A DNA stretch of 64,000 nucleotides. Origin: an uncultured Candidatus Saccharibacteria bacterium. Its GTDB lineage: Bacteria; Patescibacteriota; UBA1384; DTJR01. Position numbers and translations under genes: made by a program. The DNA is taken from NCBI GenBank assembly GCA_964487045.1, contig CAZAOT010000002.1, positions 195,511-259,510 of the forward strand, written 5' to 3'. Below are positions 26,825 to 36,713 of this stretch, piece by piece. The notes below the pieces were generated by a model. The model worked only from the letters and a program-made list of their open reading frames with translations. It did not search any database and was not told the DNA's origin. Position 1 is the stretch's first letter; each line of letters begins with the position of its first letter.

Positions 26825-27012
26825 CCTACTCCGGTCTATAAACCTCATCAGATACCTTAGTCACTATACCTTGTAGAAGCACTTTTTTCAAGAAAAAATG
26901 GCACACAATGGCACAGTATAAAAAAGGGGTGTTCCATTTTATATTTGACTTAGTTGGTCCACCCGTCATCCATTAAAATTTGATAGATATTTCTCATTTC
27001 TTTATTGCACTA

Positions 27013-27041
27013 TTGACAATTTATGACATATGTTCTATATT
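27013..27041 (+). promoter_or_regulatory. Sigma70-like promoter TTGACA-17-TATATT upstream of the DUF134 gene.
   Basis: TTGACA at 27013-27018, a 17-nt spacer, TATATT at 27036-27041. An AAAGGA Shine-Dalgarno at 27054 lies 5 nt before the ATG at 27064. Confidence 0.5.
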
Positions 27042-27063
27042 CAATCTGTAATGAAAGGAATAT

Positions 27064-27582
27064 ATGCGAGGAAGACCTAAGAGAAAAAGATGTATAAACT
27101 TTGTACCAGAGATTACTTATTTTAAGCCAGCGGGTATCCCCCTTCGTGAACTCCAAGAAGAGATACTTTCTTTAGATGAGGCAGAAGCTCTTCGGCTTAC
27201 GGATATTGAAGGACTTGACCAAGAAACTGCCGCAAAGAAAATGGGTATAGTCAGAATAACTTATCTAAATATCATCCATAGCGCGCACAAAAAAGTTGCA
27301 CGAGCTTTAATATACGGAAAAAGCATCCAATTGAAGGGAGGTGATGTTATAATGCCGAACCTAGATGGAACTGGACCGCAGGGTCAAGGACCGATGACAG
27401 GCAGAGGCCAGGGTAGAGGAATGGGTAGAGGACAAAATGCACCTGGGCCAAGAGCTGGCGGAAGCGCGGAATGCACTTGCCCAAGTTGCGGCGAGAAAGT
27501 TGCTCACACTAAAGGAGTGCCTTGCTCGCAAACCAAATGTCCGAAATGTGATACGCCAATGCGTGGCGTGTTCTGTAGCTAA
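27064..27582 (+). CDS. DUF134 (UPF0251) DNA-binding protein fused to a C-terminal DUF5320-like Gly/Arg-rich zinc-ribbon domain.
   Basis: N-terminal [15 protein letters not shown]...FKPAG...[22 protein letters not shown] is DUF134-like. The C-terminus has [23 protein letters not shown] followed by CTCPSCG...CPKC. Confidence 0.7.
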   Translation: MRGRPKRKRCINFVPEITYFKPAGIPLRELQEEILSLDEAEALRLTDIEGLDQETAAKKMGIVRITYLNIIHSAHKKVARALIYGKSIQLKGGDVIMPNLDGTGPQGQGPMTGRGQGRGMGRGQNAPGPRAGGSAECTCPSCGEKVAHTKGVPCSQTKCPKCDTPMRGVFCS

Positions 27583-27624
27583 GAAAAAAGAGTCGGATGC
27601 GTACGACCGGCTCTTTTTTTGTTT
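27583..27624 (+). terminator. Rho-independent terminator of the DUF134 gene.
   Basis: Stem gagtcgg/ccggctc with a 10-nt loop, followed by TTTTTTTGTTT immediately after the stop codon. Confidence 0.6.
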
Positions 27625-27661
27625 AAAATTTATAATAAGGAGAAAATTGGCTAATTTTTAA

Positions 27662-27680
27662 CAGGTTGGAGGGCCGAGTG
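27662..27680 (-). repeat. 19-bp copy of the tRNA-Lys(CTT) 3' end. Proposed left att direct repeat of the integrated element.
   Basis: ttggagggccgagtgggat is identical to 38222-38240, the 3' acceptor/T-stem of the intact tRNA-Lys. A further 9-nt copy (ggccctcca) at 27790-27800 is fused to an inverted copy of the 24862-24890 terminator. Confidence 0.6.
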
Positions 27681-27872
27681 GGATCCTCGGCGATAATAGC
27701 TTTTTCAAATGAACATCGCCTTGCGCACCCATCCTTCGGATGGGTTCAATTCCGAGACAATCTTCCATCAAAAAACCACCCTTTCGGGTGTTTTTCTGAT
27801 GGAGGGCCTTATCTTACGCTATTATAACCTTGATTGAAGATAATGAATACTGGAAAGCACTCGGTTCTAAAC

Positions 27873-28817
27873 TTAACTATGCTTTTTAATCAAACTATCA
27901 AAACTTTGTTTTTCAACATTTTGAGGCATTGAAGATCTTGGGACAACAGTGTATCTCACCGGCTTATCGCTATCCCTGTTTTTCTCAGGAATATGCTTTA
28001 TGACAAGACCCTTTGGCAATTTAAAAGCTAAAAGGAAAACGATGATGTCCTCGCAGAAAGGAAATAAATTTTCCCACATTTTTGATAAATAAGATGGAAT
28101 ATCTAAATCGTTAATTCTTGGTTCAACCCCAATTGGTTGATTCTTTGAGTCTAAGTGGTATTCAATGCAAGGAAGTTGAAAACCCGAATGTTCAATTTGT
28201 GTCCGTACATCAATGAATTGCGAAAACCACTTCTCTCTATCATCTTTAACCATATCAATGAAAAATTTCATTCCTCCACTTGGATTATTTTCTAAAAACT
28301 TTTTACTTTCCTTATCAAAGTCACTGTCTGATTTAAATATAAACGAAATTTTAAAATCTAAAAATTTTGCAAACCTAATTATGTTTTGATTAGCGATATA
28401 ACCTCTGATAAAAAAATCTTTGAACCAAATATTGAGATTGTCATCAATGGATTCATCTACTCTCAAAGTCTGGTTTTCCACTTTTACAATCTCTCCGCTT
28501 TTGATCTTTTGTCGGTGTTGAACAAGAAGGTTTACACACTCTTCCATTACAATTCTCGCTTCAATTAAATTTTGCAGGACTGGTCCATAAAATTTATCAA
28601 ACTCTCTACGATCCTCTTCCGTTGAGAATACAAAATCTCTTATCTCTAAAATCTGCATTCTCATTCTTGCAGTAAATAGATCTTGCGACCCAAGGTCAGA
28701 GACCTTTACTAAAGTATGTAAAATTTTCTGTTCCTTTTTGTTCATACAACACTTTTTATATTTCTTTCCGCTTTTGCAAGGGCAGGGATCATTTCTTTTT
28801 ATCTTTGTCATTTTCAA
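27873..28817 (-). CDS. SEC-C motif-containing protein of unknown function.
   Basis: N-terminal SEC-C metal-binding motif PCPCKSGKKYKKCC, followed by about 280 aa with no recognised family. Located inside the tRNA-Lys element. Confidence 0.55.
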   Translation of the reverse strand: MKMTKIKRNDPCPCKSGKKYKKCCMNKKEQKILHTLVKVSDLGSQDLFTARMRMQILEIRDFVFSTEEDRREFDKFYGPVLQNLIEARIVMEECVNLLVQHRQKIKSGEIVKVENQTLRVDESIDDNLNIWFKDFFIRGYIANQNIIRFAKFLDFKISFIFKSDSDFDKESKKFLENNPSGGMKFFIDMVKDDREKWFSQFIDVRTQIEHSGFQLPCIEYHLDSKNQPIGVEPRINDLDIPSYLSKMWENLFPFCEDIIVFLLAFKLPKGLVIKHIPEKNRDSDKPVRYTVVPRSSMPQNVEKQSFDSLIKKHS

Positions 28818-28931
28818 AAATTATTCTCCTGTCAATATTATTAGCCATAAACCACCAACCATGCAACAAGAGAACTTATTTTATTCAAACATTAAATACG
28901 TTATACTTAGGATAACTTAGGAGGGAATAAG

Positions 28932-30431
28932 ATGTTACCAGAGGAACAATCAAGTGCCAGCGCCTTATTAACAGTAAGTGAAGCCTCGGAAATATTAGGG
29001 CTACATCCCGATACCCTTAGAGATTGGGACAACTCTGGATTCTTGAAATGTATTAGAATCGGAAAAAGAAGAGACAGGCGTTACCAGAGAAATGATATTG
29101 AGAGGATCTTGTCGGAAGGCACCATTCAAAGAAAAACAGACCAAGGAGAGAGACTAAGACTAATTGAAGAGAAATATCACGTTAATTACCCCGAAACAAA
29201 TTCGGCTACATATACAAGTTTAGTTAACTATAGAGCGGACTTAAAAAGCCCCTTTCAAGGATGGTACAACTACAAGGAAGGATATTCTCTTGAGTTGAAT
29301 CACTTGATCTTTCAATATTTCGGCACGAAGGCAGGTGATTTAATTCTTGATCCCTTCTCGGGAAGCGGCACAACATTACTTGCAGCCAAACAGATAGGTC
29401 TCAGATCAGTCGGATATGAAGTAAATCCTTTTTCTCATTTTCTTTCTGTTGTTAAGACTAGAGATTATTCACCAACCGATTTAAAAACAATTAAAGAAAC
29501 CCTCTGCAATTTTAAAAAGGAGTCGCTGAAGAATGTTAAGTTTGACAAACCAAAGTTATCCACAATTGATAAACTATTTAGTTCTGAAACATTATCTGAA
29601 TTGATGGCAATCAGACAATTCGTTGATAACCTCCCAAGCCAAAAAACAAAGGATTTATTTTTCTTGGCTTGGTTGTCGGGTTTAGAAGAACTATCAAATT
29701 ATAGAAAAGCAGGAAATGGACTCAAAATTCGGAAGACTAAGAATCAAACAACACCAGATCCAAAAAAAACAATTATTCAAAAGATTTCATTAATGATTGA
29801 TGACATCAGCTCCCAGACAACAAAGTCATCCAGCAATGATTTAGAGCCAGTTATCTATAGGAAGTCTTCTCTCAATCTTATTGAAGATATAGAGAAAGGA
29901 TCCGTGAGAGGGGTGATATTTTCGCCACCCTACGCAAACTGCTTTGATTACACAGAAATCTACAAAATTGAATTGTGGCTAGGTGGGTTTGTGCACGACT
30001 ATTCCGATCTGAAGGAGTTGAGAATGGAGACAGTAAAATCTCATCTCAACAGGAAATTTGAAAATCATGGCGATCTTGATATTCCAATCTTGGCAAAGAT
30101 TATAGGAGAAGTTTCTAGGTCAAAGATTTGGGATAAAAGGATACCTAAAATGATTCAGGGGTATTTTGAAGATATGGGGCAAGCACTTTCTCAGCTGTAT
30201 TTAACATTAGAGAAGGGAGGGTTTTGCTGTGTGATTGTAAGTAATTCATCGTATTCCGGCATTATCATTCCAACCGATTTAATAATCTCAGAGATTGCCG
30301 AACAAATAGGATTTACTATTAGAAAAATAGATGTCGCCCGATTTATTATAACCAGCTCGCAGCAATACCACACTACAAAGAGATGGGGTAAATATTTAAG
30401 AGAAAGTATAATTTACATGGAAAAAATATGA
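28932..30431 (+). CDS. DNA methyltransferase (amino-MTase; probably N6-adenine) with an N-terminal MerR/excisionase-type HTH. First of two paralogous MTases.
   Basis: HTH SEASEILGLHPDTLRDWDNSGFL. SAM motif I LDPFSGSGTTLLAA. Catalytic motif IV SPPYANCFDY about 180 aa later. Confidence 0.75.
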   Translation: MLPEEQSSASALLTVSEASEILGLHPDTLRDWDNSGFLKCIRIGKRRDRRYQRNDIERILSEGTIQRKTDQGERLRLIEEKYHVNYPETNSATYTSLVNYRADLKSPFQGWYNYKEGYSLELNHLIFQYFGTKAGDLILDPFSGSGTTLLAAKQIGLRSVGYEVNPFSHFLSVVKTRDYSPTDLKTIKETLCNFKKESLKNVKFDKPKLSTIDKLFSSETLSELMAIRQFVDNLPSQKTKDLFFLAWLSGLEELSNYRKAGNGLKIRKTKNQTTPDPKKTIIQKISLMIDDISSQTTKSSSNDLEPVIYRKSSLNLIEDIEKGSVRGVIFSPPYANCFDYTEIYKIELWLGGFVHDYSDLKELRMETVKSHLNRKFENHGDLDIPILAKIIGEVSRSKIWDKRIPKMIQGYFEDMGQALSQLYLTLEKGGFCCVIVSNSSYSGIIIPTDLIISEIAEQIGFTIRKIDVARFIITSSQQYHTTKRWGKYLRESIIYMEKI

Positions 30432-31702
30432 ATAAAGTTGACCTTGAAATAGTGGAAGTAGACGAACTCCCCCTGAACCCAATAAGGAATCGCGTTTACT
30501 CCATTAACTCAAAAAATATCGGTGTATATACACACAGCTTTTTTAAGTATCCCTGTAAGTTTATCCCTCACATTCCAAGATGGGCAATAAAAAAATACCT
30601 TAAAGGCGACGGAGCGGTATTAGATCCTTTTTGTGGGTCAGGAACAACACTTGTAGAAGGTATCATTCTTGGTAAAAATTCTTATGGCATAGATATTGAC
30701 CCGTTTGGAAGAATGCTTACTCTAGGAAAGACCGAGCGATTTTCAGAAAAGGAAGTCATAGAGCTAGAAAAGATTGGTAGGGAAATAGTCAGAAAATCTA
30801 AAGATATGAAATTTGAGAAAAAATATATTCCACCAATTCCAAATATTGAGCATTGGTTTAGTCAACAAAGCATAGAATCTCTTGCCTCCATAAAAAAAGC
30901 TATTAAAAAATATTCTTTAAAAAGTAAATACGAAAATTTCTTTTATATAGTATTTGCTTCAATTATTAGGAAAGCATCTAAAGCCGATGAAGCGTCACCT
31001 AAACCATACATCTCATCCAGATTCGGTAAAAAACAATGCAATGTTTTTGATTTATTTGAGAAATTCTTTGATAAATATCTAATAAAGATTAAAGAGTTCA
31101 GCGCCATTGCCCCAAGAAAAAATATTTCAAAGATTGTCGGAAATGATGCGAGAAAATTCAAAAAGATGCCAGAGTCAATCAGCTTAGCTATAACCTCTCC
31201 CCCGTATATAAATGCATTTGATTATGTCAGAACACTTAAACTTGAAAACTACTGGCTTGATCTTGTTAACGAAGAAAAATTGTTAACGATTAGGTCTAAT
31301 AGCGTTGGCACAGAAACGATAGCTAAGAACGAACGTAATAAGCTTGTAATTAGCGATATTGAATCCAAGAAGCTCAGACACGCAGTAGAGGAGATAGCCG
31401 AGAAGGATAAGCGGAGATCAATCGTCGTAACCAAATATTTTGAAGACCTAGCGCTAAATCTTCAAGAGGTTTATAAGTCACTTAAGAAAGATGGGGTCTA
31501 TGTAATTGTTGTTGCAGATAGTAATATAAGAAATGTAGAGGTTCCAACACACGAAATACTTTGTGAGCTAGGCAAGAAAACTGGTTTTGTGGTTGAGAAT
31601 ATCTTTGCATATGTTATAAAGAACAGATATCTCCGAATTCCCAGAGAGGGACGAGGAGGGTTTATGCATAACGATTGGATAATATGCCTGAAGAAGAAGT
31701 AG
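30428..31702 (+). CDS. DNA methyltransferase (amino-MTase), paralogue of the upstream MTase.
   Basis: Motif I LDPFCGSGTTLVEG. Motif IV SPPYINAFDY. The 4-bp start/stop overlap with the upstream gene implies translational coupling. Two MTases suit an asymmetric Type IIS site. Confidence 0.75.
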   Translation: MNKVDLEIVEVDELPLNPIRNRVYSINSKNIGVYTHSFFKYPCKFIPHIPRWAIKKYLKGDGAVLDPFCGSGTTLVEGIILGKNSYGIDIDPFGRMLTLGKTERFSEKEVIELEKIGREIVRKSKDMKFEKKYIPPIPNIEHWFSQQSIESLASIKKAIKKYSLKSKYENFFYIVFASIIRKASKADEASPKPYISSRFGKKQCNVFDLFEKFFDKYLIKIKEFSAIAPRKNISKIVGNDARKFKKMPESISLAITSPPYINAFDYVRTLKLENYWLDLVNEEKLLTIRSNSVGTETIAKNERNKLVISDIESKKLRHAVEEIAEKDKRRSIVVTKYFEDLALNLQEVYKSLKKDGVYVIVVADSNIRNVEVPTHEILCELGKKTGFVVENIFAYVIKNRYLRIPREGRGGFMHNDWIICLKKK

Positions 31703-33477
31703 CAGTTGACGCTTCACAATCCAGAAGAGAAGTTTGGCTCATACCCAAGCGATGTAACATTCACCAAATTATTGGTATGGTTGATATTCTTGCGACACAA
31801 GATTTCAATGAACGGATTTGGAATCATGGTAAACAAGAAGCCCTAGGTACAAAAATGGGACTTAGAAAACTTACAGATTCGGGTAGATCAATTACTGGGC
31901 AATCTGTTAGAACTTTACTTGCGAATGGGCCTAAGTATCTAGGTTTTGTTTATATTGATGACGGATCAAAAAAAATATTTGTTACAGACATTGGTTTAGA
32001 GCTAATAAGGGAGAATCTTTTACATTCGGAAAATAATAGCAACCTATCCGACTGGGAAAATAATAATCCAATTGATTCTTCGGAAGCATTTAAGAAACAA
32101 CTTTCAAAGTTAATATTAAACAATCCTCTTGTACGTACTGAGACGAATGGTGTATTAGTCTTCCCCTTTAGGAATACAGTAAAGCTCGCTTTAGACCTAG
32201 AATATTTAGATATTGAAGAACTTGCCTACATAGTATTTAGCATGAAATCAGAAGATGAGTATGACTTGATTAAGGAGAGAATAATTAATTTCCGAGCATT
32301 GACCCCTTTGCAAAGAGATAGAGAGATTGAGGCTTATTCCAGAACCGAAGCTGGTCAGCTGACACTAGTTAAAGCCCCATCTGCTGGATATTACATGTCT
32401 TTTTGTTGCGCTTCGGGACTTTTTGAACGAACTCGGGTTAACGCGAATAGGACTAGGCAGCCGCTTGCGGCAATTAAATTGAGAGATCAAGATGGGGCTA
32501 TCGCCCTTGTTGAGAAATACCAAGCGGCTAGAATATATGATTTCAAAGAAAACTTAAAATTATGGATTGAATACTACTCCTCGCCTAATCGTCTCTTTCC
32601 TCCCCACGACATTACAATTAATTTCAAAGCAAATAAAGGCATATCTTTAGTTGAAATTTTTAAGGATGGAGTAGCTGTCGGTGGCGATATTATTGATGAA
32701 AATAATTCCAAGTTAGTCGTACCAATGTTCCCCGATGAACCCTATTCACTTATTGCTTATGATTCTGATGCGAGCAAGAATTATGAAAAACATATCTCTG
32801 TACAGAACGAAACAGGGGATGTTGAAATAGACCTCGGTACAAGCGAACCAACAGCAGAAGTTAGAACCTCCGAAAATATCAAAAAACTTATCCTGGAAAT
32901 GTTTTCAAGTAAAAGTGGCTTTGACAGTGAATATGAAAAAAGATTAAACCTCTTGCTGAGGAGATTATCTTTAAACCGCTTTGACAGTATTAGAAAGGGC
33001 GGACGACTAGAGTTTCTTTTCAGCGAATTACTTGAGCAACTAAAAAGCAATGGTGTTGTAGATTTCGTGAATTGGTATGGGTCAGTAAAACAATACGGTC
33101 TTGCCTACCCCGCACCTGGAGGTCTTAACGGTAACCCTGATATAGTATTCGGGATAGACAATATAACGGTTGTTCTTGAGCTCACCACAATAAGGGCCAA
33201 TGCTGGGCAATGGGCCGGATCTGAGGCCGCTTCTGTCCCTGATCACATTCAAAGATATCAAAGGGAGACTGGAGCAAAAGATAATATTTTAGGTATCTTT
33301 TGTGCTCCTAGCATCAACGACAGAGTAAGGAATAATTTTGCTGCTCACTCCGAAAGGTCCGGAAGAGCTCATATCTGCCTCTCGGTTGAAGAGATGCTAG
33401 AATTGCTTTCCCGGGACAGACAACACATAATTCAAGAACTTAGAGATTTACAAAGTCAGTCTATCTCCAGAGACTAA
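31675..33477 (+). CDS. Probable Type IIS restriction endonuclease (AlwI/PleI/N.BstNBI-family-like).
   Basis: 600 aa, overlapping the second MTase gene. The C-terminal region has a PD-(D/E)xK-like PDIVFGIDNITVVLELTT. The size and the two-MTase context match GAGTC/GGATC-type IIS systems. The family assignment is from memory, not from an alignment. Confidence 0.5.
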   Translation: MDNMPEEEVAVDASQSRREVWLIPKRCNIHQIIGMVDILATQDFNERIWNHGKQEALGTKMGLRKLTDSGRSITGQSVRTLLANGPKYLGFVYIDDGSKKIFVTDIGLELIRENLLHSENNSNLSDWENNNPIDSSEAFKKQLSKLILNNPLVRTETNGVLVFPFRNTVKLALDLEYLDIEELAYIVFSMKSEDEYDLIKERIINFRALTPLQRDREIEAYSRTEAGQLTLVKAPSAGYYMSFCCASGLFERTRVNANRTRQPLAAIKLRDQDGAIALVEKYQAARIYDFKENLKLWIEYYSSPNRLFPPHDITINFKANKGISLVEIFKDGVAVGGDIIDENNSKLVVPMFPDEPYSLIAYDSDASKNYEKHISVQNETGDVEIDLGTSEPTAEVRTSENIKKLILEMFSSKSGFDSEYEKRLNLLLRRLSLNRFDSIRKGGRLEFLFSELLEQLKSNGVVDFVNWYGSVKQYGLAYPAPGGLNGNPDIVFGIDNITVVLELTTIRANAGQWAGSEAASVPDHIQRYQRETGAKDNILGIFCAPSINDRVRNNFAAHSERSGRAHICLSVEEMLELLSRDRQHIIQELRDLQSQSISRD

Positions 33478-33650
33478 TCTTTTTTACGACTCGGAAAACT
33501 CGGTTTTTCTATTGATGAATCAGGGGCATTATCCAAAAAGCTCAAATAGCTCTAATTCCTTTTTTAGTGACTCTATAAACTCTGATTTGTTTTTTTAATG
33601 ACTCAGAAAACTCAGGTTTTCGCTATTACCTGCCGATATCAAACGTTTTT

Positions 33651-34892
33651 TTATAGTGAGGTTATCGTTTCGCCTAGTGGTGTGCTAAGTTGCCATTGAG
33701 GTCCATTGCTAGTTCCCATTTCATTTATCAACCCAAGCTCGTGTTGCTTCATCCAATCTTCAGGCGCTTTATAGGCATAATCTTGGTTTTTAACTAGGTT
33801 CATGCAATATGAAATATCTTTACAATCAGGTGGTAATTTAACCTGACCATCTTTATCTCTAACTTTTCCATAGTTTAGATCCCAGTCAATATATTCTTGA
33901 ATTTTTTCATCGCTATCAAAGAGATGAAAATAAGATGATTTATCCTTAGAATGCATTTCTCGCGCAGCATTTTTAAGTTCATCGTCCGTTGGTTTTCTTG
34001 AAAAAACGATCATTTTCCAAGTCTGCCCAGTTTGTTGATAACTTTTTACCTCTCTATAACTCAAAGCGGTAATTGGAGTGTTGGTAGGCGTTGAAGTTTG
34101 CGTTTTGCTCTGTTCAGTTTGCTTTGGGCTTGGAGTTTCTGTTGGGACTTGAGTTTTGTTTTCTATACTTTTAACCTTAGTTGGTACTTCCTTTGGAATA
34201 TAGTTTATGGCTATATCCTTACTCTCACTTTGATTCCCAGCTTTATCGCGAGCAATAATCTGAAATTTGTTCTCTCCCTTATCAAGGGCAATTCCTTTAA
34301 TGGTAAAGCTATTACTCTTAACCTTAACTTTTTTAATTTCTTTTGTATTTTTTATTACGACAATTTCCGCTTTTGCCTCGGAGCTTCCCTTGATATCTAG
34401 CTTATTTCGCTCCGTGGGGCTTTGTGGCGCTTCAATTGTCAGGGATGGGGATATTGTATCTAAAACCACTGATGCTTCATTGCTCTGCCTGATCCTGCCC
34501 TCCATATTTGTTGAACTTACCATGAGTTTATTTTCGCCTTCTTTTAGCTCTAAACTCTTAAATGAAAATTTGCCCTGATTATCTGCTTTGGCTTCTTCCT
34601 TTAATTCAGAATTGAAATAAATTTTCACCACCGAATCATTAAAAGCATTGGTTCCGGAAATTATAAGCGCTTTTTGATTCGTTGGACTTTTAACCGCATC
34701 TAAGTATGGAATTCCTTTTGCAAATACTGTGAATATTATTACAGAGGCAATAGTTAGAGGAACGAAGATCAAGGAAATGACTTTCCTATTTGAGTAACTT
34801 TTAAGAATTCGTTTAAAAACTAAAGGCTTAATCATTCCAACAATAAATGCTATTCCAAAAATGAAGAACAGCGCCATAAACAATGAGTCCAT
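33651..34892 (-). CDS. Membrane-anchored surface protein with Ig-like (Big-type) domains.
   Basis: 413 aa. N-terminal TM segments, then repeated beta-sandwich-like segments (…ISGTNAFNDSVVKIYFN…KGENKLMVSS…, …KGENKFQIIARDKAGN…) and a Thr/Pro/Gln-rich linker. Confidence 0.55.
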   Translation of the reverse strand: MDSLFMALFFIFGIAFIVGMIKPLVFKRILKSYSNRKVISLIFVPLTIASVIIFTVFAKGIPYLDAVKSPTNQKALIISGTNAFNDSVVKIYFNSELKEEAKADNQGKFSFKSLELKEGENKLMVSSTNMEGRIRQSNEASVVLDTISPSLTIEAPQSPTERNKLDIKGSSEAKAEIVVIKNTKEIKKVKVKSNSFTIKGIALDKGENKFQIIARDKAGNQSESKDIAINYIPKEVPTKVKSIENKTQVPTETPSPKQTEQSKTQTSTPTNTPITALSYREVKSYQQTGQTWKMIVFSRKPTDDELKNAAREMHSKDKSSYFHLFDSDEKIQEYIDWDLNYGKVRDKDGQVKLPPDCKDISYCMNLVKNQDYAYKAPEDWMKQHELGLINEMGTSNGPQWQLSTPLGETITSL

Positions 34893-35009
34893 AATATCCC
34901 CCGTTTAAATTAATTTATAGTTGGTCCAAACAATTAGAATGCTATATAATCACTGGTCAATATTCAAGTAGAGGAGTATAAAGTAAAAAGAATTAAAATT
35001 AAAATTAAT

Positions 35010-35660
35010 ATGAAATATTCAACTAGCACAACAGACAAAATCAAGAAGTTGTGCGAATTCATACAAGGACAGATTGAGCTTAAAGGTAAATTCAAAGTTC
35101 AGTTTGACGACACACATGCAGGAATTGCCAATGATACTAAAAATGTTATTGAGCTCTTAAGAAAAAATGAATGCCTGTTCAGAACAGTAGAGAAAAGGAC
35201 AATAGTATACCCAGAGAACTTTAACGAAGAACATGATTTCTTTACTCTTGAGATAGATCCAATAAAATTTAACAACTATATCAGAAATGAACTACGTATC
35301 CTTCCTCCAAGTATTGAAAGTATTGGTGAAATTAAGAAAATAGAATATCTGGAAAATTTCAGATCATTTTCTTTAAATGATAGAAAAAGTGAAATTCAAT
35401 TAAAGGGCGGAAAAAAGATTGCTGATATTCTTGAGCTCCTATGGAAGAATAGAAGAGTATCTAGAAAAGGTAGGGTTGATCCACTACGAATTGGAGAATT
35501 TTATAATATTGAACCTCTTATGCAAAATAGCAGAACAGTAAGTACAGAAGCTTTGCTCAGAAGTATTGGGAGGATTAATACTTTCTTCGTAGAAAACTAT
35601 CTACCAATGAGAATAGAAAGTAAGAATCAAGAAAAGTTTCGCCTAGAGATTAATTTTTGA
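35010..35660 (+). CDS. Hypothetical protein (element cargo).
   Basis: 216-aa ORF with typical AT-rich coding composition. No family recognised. Confidence 0.5.
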   Translation: MKYSTSTTDKIKKLCEFIQGQIELKGKFKVQFDDTHAGIANDTKNVIELLRKNECLFRTVEKRTIVYPENFNEEHDFFTLEIDPIKFNNYIRNELRILPPSIESIGEIKKIEYLENFRSFSLNDRKSEIQLKGGKKIADILELLWKNRRVSRKGRVDPLRIGEFYNIEPLMQNSRTVSTEALLRSIGRINTFFVENYLPMRIESKNQEKFRLEINF

Positions 35661-35788
35661 CAAGCGTTAGACAAAATTGGACAAAATTGACAGAGTTTTA
35701 GATTGAAGTTAGGGTGTGCTAAGCCGCATACGCTGAATCGTCTATTTTGTCTTATTCTGTAAAGCTGCCTGCGTGGTAATTTTATTCT

Positions 35789-36031
35789 ATGAATGAGAAT
35801 AACAATTACTACAAATCTTCCGACCTTGGCTGTTCAGCGGCATTAATTACTGCTGGTTTTGAATTAATGACGATAGAGAAAAATGACCCCAAGAGGGTTA
35901 TTTTTGTTTTTGATATATCAAAAGAGATACAGCTTTCCGCGGAAGACTATTTGTCTGACAGATTGCAGGTCAGTGCCCGAAGATATTTTGAAAATCTACG
36001 AGTTCTTAAAAGCAGAATTTACGCAGACTAA
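35789..36031 (+). CDS. Hypothetical small protein (element cargo).
   Basis: 80-aa ORF. No family recognised with confidence. Confidence 0.45.
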   Translation: MNENNNYYKSSDLGCSAALITAGFELMTIEKNDPKRVIFVFDISKEIQLSAEDYLSDRLQVSARRYFENLRVLKSRIYAD

Positions 36032-36177
36032 AAATAAAAAATGAAACTGCAACAAAATCAAACTAATCAACGCGAACTTTCAATGGAAGAATTGGAAGAC
36101 CTTTTCGCAGCCCAACTAGCAGAGATTTTTGTTGAGCAGATTTTAGATGAAGAAAAAAATAAAGATGAAAATTACCA

Positions 36178-36564
36178 ATGGACGAGTACGAACTTAAGTC
36201 AAAGCTAAGAGGTTATTTCAATTTCCCGAGATCACTTATTATTGATTTAGCTACAAATAATATAACGCCTGATCAATTTACTCTATTTACTGTTTTTCTA
36301 GGACTAGCTAGCTGGGACAGTAGAGGAAAAAACTATGCAACTATAAATACTTCTAATCGCGAGATTTCCAAAATACTCCACTGGAATAGAAATAAAATCG
36401 GGCTTAATAAGGGGTTACTATTTGGCCGCAAATATATTGATTTACTAAATGGAAAAAACCGCCAACTCAAAATAAGAATCAATAACCCTGAGCTATTTTA
36501 CTCAAAAATTACAGGAGAAGTGTCCAAGACGAGAGCCACTAAGGTTAATCCAAGGCCCACTTAA
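36178..36564 (+). CDS. Hypothetical protein, possibly a winged-helix DNA-binding or replication-associated protein (element cargo).
   Basis: 128-aa ORF directly upstream of the recombinase gene. Contains an HTH-like segment (NREISKILHWNRNKIGLNKG). Weak support. Confidence 0.4.
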   Translation: MDEYELKSKLRGYFNFPRSLIIDLATNNITPDQFTLFTVFLGLASWDSRGKNYATINTSNREISKILHWNRNKIGLNKGLLFGRKYIDLLNGKNRQLKIRINNPELFYSKITGEVSKTRATKVNPRPT

Positions 36565-36713
36565 CAGATTAAATTTCTTTATTTAATTTTCTTTGAAGAT
36601 AGCAATGTATTAATGAGAATAAATATTTTAATAATAAGGAGGCAAAAATGTTAGAATTGTTATAGAAGCAATAAAAAAAGTATAAACACTGGATAAATAA
36701 TTAATCAAAAAAA

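Noticed and set aside
33480-33650. Possible CRISPR array suggested by direct repeats
   Set aside because: Only two imperfect repeats of about 30 bp with a spacer of about 70 bp. No regular repeat-spacer periodicity and no cas genes. Not a CRISPR array. No CRISPR was found anywhere in the window.
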